DNA of 64,000 bases from the human T2T-CHM13v2.0 reference genome, Homo sapiens. The translations under genes were made by a program, and so were the position numbers. Positions 49,668-62,120 of this stretch are shown piece by piece (position 1 is the first letter of the stretch; each line of letters begins with the position of its first letter). The notes beneath the pieces are model-generated. The model did not search any database and was not told where the DNA came from. It was given only the letters and a program-made list of their open reading frames with translations. The DNA lies in the NCBI RefSeq assembly GCF_009914755.1, contig NC_060937.1, one strand, 5' to 3'.

Positions 49668-52600
49668 ACTTCAAATATATATTATATGCTGCACATAAAA
49701 TATCAAAATACCCAAAGTATGCATTAAACACTGTACATAAAATATCAAAGTACACATATTATCTATTATATAATGTACATAAAATATGAAGGTTCATCAA
49801 ATATATATTATATTCTGTACATAATATATCAAAGTACATCAAATATATATTATATACTGTACATAAAATATCAAAGTACCAAAAATATGTATTATATACT
49901 GTACATAAAACATGAAAGTAACCAAACATTTATAATAAACTGTACATAAAATATCAAAGTACTCAATCTACATATTATATACAGTATATAAAATATCAAA
50001 GTACACAAACTGTATATTATATACTGTACATAATATATCAAAGTACCCAGAATATATAGCATACTGTACATAAAATATCAAAGTACCCAAAATGTATATT
50101 GTATACTGTACATAAAATATGAAGGTACATCAAAGATATATTATATTCTGTACATAAAATATCAAAGTACACCAAATATATATTATATGCTGTACATAAT
50201 ATATTAAAGTTGCCCATATATACATTATATACTGTACATAAAATATGAACGTACATCAAATATATAGTATATGCTGCACATAAAATATCAAAGTACCCAA
50301 AGTACGTATTATACACTGTACATAAAATATCAAAGTACCAAAAGTATATATTACATACTGTAAATAAAATATGAAGGTACCTCAAATATATATTATATTC
50401 TGTACATAAAATATCAAAGTACACCAAGTATATACTATATACTCTGCATAAAATATTAAATTACCCAAAATATGTATTGAATTGTGTACATAAAATATGA
50501 AAGTAACCAAACATTTATAATAAACTGTACATAAAATATCAAAGTACTCAAACTGTATATTATATACTGTACATAAAGTATCAAAGTACCCAAACTGTGT
50601 AGTATATACTGTACATAAAATATCAAGGTACCCAAAATATATATTGTAAACTGTAGATAAAATATCAAAGTACCCAAAATATATATTATATACTGTACAT
50701 AAAATATGAAGGCACATCCAATATATATTATATTCTGTACATAATATATCAAAGTACACCAAATGTATATTATATACTGTACATAAACTATGAAAGTTCA
50801 TCAAATATATTTTATATTCTGCACATAATATATCAAAGTACAGCAAATATATATTATATACTGTACATAAAATATCAAAGTACCCAAAATATGTATTATA
50901 TACTGTACATAAAATATGAAAGTAACCAAACATTTATAATAAACTGTACATAAAATATCAAAGTACTCAAACTGTATATTATATACTCTACATAAAGTAT
51001 CAAAGTACCCAAACTGTGTAGTATATACTGTACATAAAATATCAAGGTACCCAAAATATATATTGTAAACTGTAGATAAAATACCAAAGTACCCAAAATA
51101 TATATTATATACTGTACATGAAATATGAAGGCCCCTCCAATATATATTATACTCTGTACATAAAATATCAAAGTACACCAAATGTATATTATATACTGTA
51201 CATAAAATATCAAAGTACCCAAAGTGTATATTATATACTGTACATAAACTATGAAGGTTCATCAAATATATTTTATATTCTGCACATAATATATCAAAGT
51301 ACAGCAAATATATATTATATACTGTACATAAAATATCAAAGTACCCAAATTATGTATTATATACTGTACATAAAATATGAAAGTAAGCAAACATTTATAA
51401 TAAACTGTACATAAAGTATCAAAGTACTCAAACTACATATTATATACAGTATATAAAATATCAAAGTACCCAAACTGTATATTATATAATGTACATAATA
51501 TATCAAAGTACCCGAATATATAGCATACTCTACATAAAATATCAAAGTACCCAAAGTTTGTATTATACACTGCACATAAAATATGGAGGTACATCAAAGA
51601 TATATTATATTCTGTACATAAAATATCAAAGTACACCAAATATATGTTATATGCTGTACATAATATATTAAAGTCGACCAAATATATATTATATACTGTA
51701 CATAAAATATGAAGGTACATCAAATATATATTATATGCTGCACATAAAATATCAAAGTACCCAAAGTATGTGTTATATACTGTACATAAAATATCAAAGT
51801 ACCCAAAGTATATATTATATACTGTACATAAAATATAAAATACCCCAAATATATATTATATGCTCTACATAAAATATCAAAGTACACAAAATATGTATTA
51901 TATACTGTACATAAAATACCAAAGGACCCAAAATATATATTATATACTGTACATAAAATATCAAAATACCCAAAATATATATTATATACTGTACATAAAA
52001 TACCAAAGTACCCAAAGTATATATTATATACCGTACAAAAAATATCAAAGTAGCCAAAATATGTATTATACACTGTACATAATATATGAAAGTACCCAAA
52101 CATTTATAATAAACTGTACATAAAATATCAATGTACTCAAACTATATATTATGTGCGGTACATAAGATATCAAAGTACCCATACTATATAGTATATACTG
52201 TACTTAAAATATCAAAATACCCAAAATATATATTATATACGTTACATAAACTATCACATACACAAAGTATGTATTATATACTGTACATAAAATAGCAAAG
52301 TTCCCAAAATATGTATTATATACTGTACATAAAATATGAAAGTACCCAACCATTTATAATAAAGTCTACATAAAATACCAAAGTACCCAAACTGTGTATT
52401 ATATACTGTCCATAAAATATCAAAGGACCCAAAATATATATTGTAAACTCTACATAAAATATCAAAGTAGCCAAAATACATATTGTATACTGTACATAAA
52501 ATATAAAAGTACCCCAAATATATATTATATACTGTACATAAAATATCAAAGTACCCATAATACATATTATACACTGTACATAAAATATCAAAGGACCCAA

Positions 52601-55600
52601 AATAAACATTATATACTGTACATAAAATATCCAAATACTCAAAATATATATTACATACTGTACATAAAATATCAAAGTACCCAAATTATGTATTATACAC
52701 TGTACGTAAAATATCAGAGTACCCAAAATATGCATTATATACTGTACATAAAATATGAAAGTAACAAAACATTTATAATAAACTGTACATAAAATATCAA
52801 AGTACTCAAACTATATATCATATACTCTACATAAAATATCAAAGTACCCAAACTGTGTATTATTATATACTGTATATAAAATATCAAAGTACCTGAAATA
52901 TATACTGTATACTGTACATAAAATATCAAAGTACCCAAAATATATACTATATACTGTACATAAAATATGAAGGTACATCAAATATATATTATATCCTGTA
53001 CATAAAATATCAAAGTACACCTATTATATATTGTGTACTGTACATAATATATTAAATCGCCCAAATATATATTGTATACTGTATATAAAATATGAAGGTA
53101 CTTCAAATATATATTATATGCTGCACATAAAATATCAAAGTACCCAAAGTATGCATTACATACTGTACATAAAATATCAAAGTACACATATTATCTATTA
53201 TATAATGTACATAAAATATGAAGGTTCATCAAATATATATTATATTCTGTACATAATATATCAAAGTACATCAAATATATATTATATACTGTACATAAAA
53301 TATCAAAGTACCAAAAATATGTATTATATACTGTACATAAAACATGAAAGTAACCAAACATTTATAATAAACTGTACATAAAATATCAAAGTACTCAATC
53401 TACATATTATATACAGTATATAAAATATCAAAGTACACAAACTGTATATTATATACGGTACATAATATATCAAAGTACCCAGAATATATAGCATACTGTA
53501 AATAAAATATCAAAGTACCCAAAATATATATTGTATACTGTACATAAAATATGAAGGTACATCAAAGATATATTATATTCTGTACATAAAATATCAAACT
53601 ACACCAAATATATATTATATGCTGTACATAATATATTAAAGTTGCCCATATATACATTATATACTGTACATAAAATATGAACGTACATCAAATATATAGT
53701 ATATGCTGCACATAAAATATCAAAGTACCCAAAATATATACTATATACTGTACATAAAATATGAAGGTACATCAAATATATATTATATCCTGTACATAAA
53801 ATATCAAAGTACACCCATTATATATTGTGTACTGCACATAATATATTAAATCGCCCAAATATATATTGTATACTGTATATAAAATATGAAGGTACTTCAA
53901 ATATATATTATATGCTGCACATAAAATATCAAAGTACCCAAAGTATGCATTACATACTGTACATAAAATATCAAATTACAAAAATTATATATTATATTCT
54001 GTACATAAAATATGTAGGTTCTTCAAATATATTTTATATTCTGTACATAATATATCAAAGTACATCAAATATATATTATATACGGTACATAAAATATCAA
54101 AGTACCCAAAATATGTATTAATTACTGTGCATAAAATATGAAAGTAACCAAACATTTATAATAAACTGTACATAAAATATCAAACTACTCAATCTACATA
54201 TTATATACAGTATATAAAATATCAAAGTACACAAACTGTATATTATATACTGTACATAATATATCAAAGTACCCAGAATATATAGCATACTGTACATACA
54301 ATATCAAAGTACCCAGAATGTATATTGTATTCTGTACATAAAATATGAATGTACATCAAAGATATATTATATTCTGTACATAAAATATCAAAGTACACCA
54401 AATATATATTATATGCTGTACATAATATATTAAAGTTGCCCATGCATACATTTTATACTGTACATAAAATATGAAGGTACATCAAATATATAGTATATGC
54501 TGCACATAAAATATCAAAGTACCCAAAGTATGTATTATATACTGTACATAAAATATCAAAGTACCAAAAGTATATATTACCTACTGTAAATAAAATATGA
54601 AGATACCTCAAATATATATTATATTCTGTACATGAAATATCAAAGTACACCAAGTATATACTATATACTCTACATAAAATATTAAATTACCCAAAATATG
54701 TATTGTATTGTGTACATAAAATATGAAAGTAACCAAACATTTATAATAAACTGTACATAAAATGTCAAAGTACTCAAACTTTATATTATATACTGTACAT
54801 AAAGTATCAAAGTACCCAAACTGTGTAGTATATACTGTACATAAAATATCAAGGTACCCAAAATGTATATTGTAAACTGTAGATAAAATATCAAAGTACC
54901 CAAAATATATATTATATACTGTACATAAAATATGAAGGCTCATCCAATATATATTATATTCTGTACATAAAATATCAAAGTACACCAAATGTATATTATA
55001 TACTGTACATAAAATATAAAACTACGCCAAATATATCTTATATACTCTACATAAAATATCAAAGTACCCAAAATATATATTATATACTGTACATAAAATA
55101 TCAAAGTACCCATAGTATGTATTATATCCTGTACATAAAATATGAAGGTACATCAAATATATATTCTATTCTGCACATAAAATATCATATTGCACCAAAT
55201 ATATATTGTATACTGTATATAAAATATGAAGGTACTTCAAATATATATTATATGCTGCACATAAAATATCAAAGTACCCAAAGTATGCATTATATACTGT
55301 ACATAAAATATCAAAGTACCCAAAGTGTATATTATATACTGTACATAAAATATGAAGGTTCATCAAATATATTTTATATTCTGCACATAATATATCAAAG
55401 TACAGCAAATATATATTATATACTGTACATAAAATATCAAAGTACCCAAAATATGTATTATATACTGTACATAAAATATGAAAGTAACCAAACATTTATA
55501 ATAAACTGTACATAAAATATCAAAGTACTCAAACTACATATTATATACAGTATATAAAATGTCAAAGTACCCAAACTGTATATTATATACTGTACATAAT

Positions 55601-58600
55601 ATATCAAAGTACCCAAATATATAGCATACTGTACATAAAATATCAAAGTACCCAAAGTGTGTATTATACACTGCACATAAAATACGAAGGTACATCAAAG
55701 ATATATTATATTCTGTACATAAAATATCAAAGTACACCAAATATATATTATATGCTGTACAGAATATATTAAAGTCGACCAAATATATATTATATACTGT
55801 ACATAAAATATGAAGGTACATCAAATATATATTATATACTGCACATAAAATATCAAAGTACCCAAAGTATGTATTATATACTGTACATAAAATATCAAAG
55901 TACCCAAAGTATATATTATATACTGTACATAAAATATAAAATACCCCAAATATATATTATATCCTGTACATAAAATATCAAAGTACCCAAAATATATATT
56001 GTAAACTGTACATAAAATATCAAAGTAGCCAAAATATATATTGTATACTGTCCATAAAATATAAAAGTACCCCAAATATGTATTATATACTGTACATAAA
56101 ATATCAAAGTACCGATAATACATATTATATACTGTACATAAAATATCAAAGGACCCAAAATAAACATTATATACTGTACATAAAATATCCAAATACTCAA
56201 AATATATATTACATACTGTACATAAAATATCAAAGTACCCAAATTATGTATTATATACTGTACGTAAAATATCAGAGTACCCAAAATATGCATTATATAC
56301 TGTACATAAAATATGAAAGTAACAAAACATTTATAATAAACTGTACATAAAATATCAAAGTACTCAAACTATATATCATATACTGTACATAAAATATCAA
56401 AGTACCCAAACTGTGTATTATTATATACTGTATATAAAATATCAAAGTACCTGAAATATATATTGTATACTGTACATAAAATATCAAAGTACCCAAAATA
56501 TATACTATATACTGTACATAAAATATGAAGGTACATCAAATATATATTATATCCTGTACATAAAATATCAAAGTACACCTATTATATATTGTGTACTGTA
56601 CATAATATATTAAATCGCCCAAATATATATTGTATACTGTATATAAAATATGAAGGTACTTCAAATATATATTATATGCTGCACATAAAATATCAAAGTA
56701 CCCAAGGTATGCATTACATACTGTACATAAAATATCAAAGTACACATATTATATATTATATAATATACATAAAATATGAAGGTTCATCAAATATATATTA
56801 TATTCTGTACATAATATATCAAAGTACATCAAATATATATTATATACTGTACATAAAATATCAAAGTACCCAAATTATGTATTATATACTGTACATAAAA
56901 TATGAAGGTACATCAAAGATATATTATATTCTGTACATAAAATATCAAACTACACCAAATATATATTATATGCTGTACATAATATATTAAAGTTGCCCAT
57001 ATATACATTATATACTGTACATAAAATATGAACGTACATCAAATATATAGTATATGCTGCACATAAAATATCAAAGTACCCAAAGTATGTATTATACACT
57101 GTACATAAAATATCAAAGTACCAAAAGTATATATTACATACTGTAAATAAAATATGAAGGTACCTCAAATATATATTATATTCTGTACATAAAATATCAA
57201 AGTACACCAAGTATATACTATATACTCTGCATAAAATATTAAATTACCCAAAATATGTATTGCATTGTGTACATAAAATATGAAAGTAACCAAACATTTA
57301 TAATAAACTGTACATAAAATTTCAAAGTACTCAAACTGTATATTATATACTGTACATAAAGTATCAAAGTACCCAAACTGTGTAGTATATACTGTACATA
57401 AAATATCAAGGTACGCAAAATATATATTGTAAACTGTAGATAAAATATCAAAGTACCCAAAATATATATTATATACTGTACATAAAATATGAAGGCACAT
57501 CCAATATATACTATATTCTGTACATAAAATATCAAAGTACACCAAATGTATATTATATACTGTACAAAAAATATCAAAGTACCCAAAGTGTATATTATAT
57601 ACTGTACATAAAATATGAAGGTTCATCAAATATATTTTATATTCTGCACATAATATATCAAAGTACAGCAAATATATATTATATACTGTACATAAAATAT
57701 CAAAGTACCCAAAATATGTATTATATACTGTACATAAAATATGAAAGTAACCAAACATTTATAATAAACTGTACATAAAGTATCAAAGTACTCAAACTAC
57801 ATATTATATACAGTATATAAAATGTCAAAGTACCCAAACTGTATATTATATACTGTACATAATATATCAAAGTACCCGAATATATAGCATACTGTACATA
57901 AAATATCAAGGTACCCAAAGTGTGTATTATACACTGCACATAAAATATGAAGGTACATAAAATATATATTGTATTCTGTACATAAAATATCAAAGTACTC
58001 CAAATATATATTATATGCTGTACATAATATATTATAGTCGCCCAAATATATATTATATACTGTACATAAAATATGAAGGTACATCAAATATATATTATAT
58101 GCTGCACATAAAATATCAAAGTACCCAAAGTATGTGTTATATACTGTACATAAAATATCAAAGTACCCAATGTATATATTATATACTGTACATAAAATAT
58201 AAAATACCCCAAATATATATTATATGCTATACATAAAATATCAAAGTACACAAAATATGTATTATATACTGTACATAAAATACCAAAGGACCCAAAATAT
58301 ATATTATATACTGTACATAAAATATCAAAATACCCAAAATATATATTATATACTGTACATAAAATACCAAAGTACCCAAAGTATATATTATATACCGTAC
58401 AAAAAATATCAAAGTAGCCAAAATATGTATTATACACTGTACATAATATATGAAAGTACCCAAACATTTATAATAAACTGTACATAAAATATCAATGTAC
58501 TCAAACTATATAGTATCTGCGGTACATAAGATATCAAAGTACCCATACTATATAGTATATACTGTACTTAAAATATCAAAATACCCAAAATATATATTAT

Positions 58601-61600
58601 ATACGTTACATAAACTATCAAATACACAAAGTATGTATTATATACTGTACATAAAATAGAAAAGTTCCCAAAATATGTATTATATATATTATAAATATGT
58701 ACATAAAATATGAAAGTACCCAACCATTTATAATAAACTCTACATAAAACACCAAAGTACCCAAACTGTGTATTATATACTGTCCATAAAATATCAAAGT
58801 ACCCAAAATATATATTGTAAACTCTACATAAAATATCAAAGTAGCCAAAATACATATTGTATACTGTACATAAAATATAAAAGTACCCCAAATATATATT
58901 ATATACTGTACATAAAATATCAAAGTACCCATAATACATATTATATACTGTACATAAAATATCAAAGGACCCAAAATAAACATTATATACTGTACATAAA
59001 ATATCCAAATACTCAAAATATATATTACATACTGTACATAAAATATCAAAGTACCCAAATTATGTACTATATACTGTACGTAAAATATCAGAGTACCCAA
59101 AATATGCATTATATACTGTACATAAAATATGAAAGTAACAAAACATTTATAATAAACTGTACATAAAATATCAAAGTACTCAAACTATATATCATATACT
59201 GTACATAAAATATCAAAGTACCCAAACTGTGTATTATTATATACTGTATATAAAATATCAAAGTACCTGAAATATATATTGTATACTGTACATAAAATAT
59301 CAAAGTACCCAAAATATATACTATATACTGTACATAAAATATGAAGGTACATCAAATATATATTATATCCTGTACATAAAATAACAAAGTACACCTATTA
59401 TATATTGTGTACTGTACATAATATATTAAATCGCCCAAATATATATTGTATACTGTATATAAAATATGAAGGTACTTCAAATATATATTATATGCTGCAC
59501 ATAAAATATCAAAGTACCCAAGGTATGCATTACATACTGTACATAAAATATCAAAGTACACAAATTATATATTATATACTGTACATAAAATCTGTAGGTT
59601 CATCAAATATATTTTATATTCTGTACATAATATATCAAAGTACATCAAATATATATTATATACGGTACATAAAATATCAAATTACCCAAAATATATATTA
59701 TTTACTGTACATAAAATATGAAAGTAACCAAACATTTATAATAAACTGTACATAAATTATCAAAGTACTCAATCTACATATTATATACAGTATATAAAAT
59801 ATCAAAGTACACAAACTGTATATTATATACTGTACATAATATGTCAAAGTACCCAGAATATATAGCATACTGTACATACAATATCAAAGTACCCAAAATA
59901 TATATTGTATACTGTACATAAAATATGAAGGTACATCAAAGATATATTATATTCTGTACATAAAATATCAAAGTACACCAAATATATATTATATGCTGTA
60001 CATAATATATTAAAGTTGCCCATGTATACATTTTATACTGTACATAAAATATGAAGGTACATCAAATATATAGTATATGCTGCACATAAAATATCAAAGT
60101 ACCCAAAGTATGTATTATATACTGTACATAAAATATCAAAGTACCAAAAGTATATATTACCTACTGTAAATAAAATGTGAAGATACCTCAAATATATATT
60201 ATATTCTGTACATGAAATATCAAAGTACACCAAGTATATACTATATACTCTACATAAAATATTAAATTACCCAAAATATGTATTGTATTGTGTACATAAA
60301 ATATGAAAATAACCAAACATTTATAATAAACTGTACATAAAATATCAAAGTACTCAAACTTTATATTATATACTGTACATAAAGTATCAAAGTACCCAAA
60401 CTGTGTAGTATATACTGTACATAAAATATCAAGGTACCCAAAATGTATATTGTAAACTGTAGATAAAATATCAAAGTACCCAAAATATATATTATATACT
60501 GTACATAAAATATGAAGGCACATCCAATATATATTATATTCTGTACATAAAATATCAAAGTACACCAAATGTATATTATATACTGTACATAAAATATAAA
60601 ACTACCCCAAATATATCTTATATACTCTACATAAAATATCAAAGTACCCAAAATATATATTATATACTGTACATAATATATCAAAGTACCCATAGTATGT
60701 ATTATATCCTGTACATAAAATATGAAAGTACGTCAAATATATATTCTATTCTGCACATAAAATATCATATTGCACCAAATATATATTGTATACTGTATAT
60801 AAAATATGAAGGTACTTCAAATATATATTATATGCTGCACATAAAATATCAAAGTACCCAAAGTATGCATTATATACTGTACATAAAATATCAAAGTACC
60901 CAAAGTGTATATTATATACTGTACATAAAATATGAAGGTTCATCAAATATATTTTATATTCTGCACATAATATATCAAAGTACAGCAAATATATATTATA
61001 TACTGTACATAAAATAACAAAGTAACAAAAATATGTATTATATACTGTACATAAAATATGAAAGTAACCAAATATTTATAATAAACTGTATATAAAATAT
61101 CAAAGTACTCAAACTACATATTATATACAGTATATAAAATATCAAAGTACCCAAACTATATATTATATACTGTACATACTATATCAAAGTACCCGAATAT
61201 AGAGCATACTGTACATAAAATATCAAATTACCCAAAATATATATTGTATACTGTACATAAAATATGAAGGTACATCAAAGATATATTATATTCTGTACAT
61301 AAAATATCAAAGTACACCAAATATATATTATATGCTGTACAGAATATATTAAAGTCGACCAAATGTATATTATATAGTGTACATAAAATATGAAGGTACA
61401 TCAAATATATATTATATGCTGCACATAAAATATCAAAGTACCCAAAGTATGTATTATATACTGTACATAAAATATCAAAGTACCCAAAGTATATATTATA
61501 TACTGTACATAAAATATAAAATACCCCAAATATATATTATATGCTGTACATAAAATATCAAAGTACACAAAATATGCATTATGTACTGTACATAAATTAT

Positions 61601-62120
61601 CAAAGGACCCAAAATATATATTATATAGTGTACATAAAATATCAAAATACCCAAAATATATATTATATACTGTACATAAAATACCAAGGTACCCAAAGTA
61701 TATATTATATACTGTATAAAAAATATCAAAGTAGCCAAAATATGTATTATACACTGTACATAATATATGAAAGTACCCAAACATTTATAATAAACTGTAC
61801 ATAAAATATCAATGTACTCAAATTATATATTATGTGCGGTACTTAAGATAACAAAGTACCCATACTATATAGTATGTACTGTACTTAAAATATCAAAATA
61901 CCCAAAATATATATTATATACGTTACATAAACTATCAAATACACAAAGTATGTATTACATACTGTACATAAAATAGCAAAGTTCCCAAAATATGTATTAT
62001 ATACTGTACATAAAATATGAAAGTAACCAACCATTTATAATAAACTCTACATAAAATACCAAAGTACCCAAACTGTGTATTATATACTCTCCATAAAATA
62101 TCAAAGTACCCAAAATATAT
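49668..62120 (+). repeat. Macro-repeat block, copy 2 of 1..~12,660, with a 207-bp deletion near 56,880
   Basis: Same order of private variants and junctions as the window start (GGCCCTCC, GTAAGCAAAC, ATGGAGG, CTACGCC, CCCATGCATAC). Confidence 0.85.
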
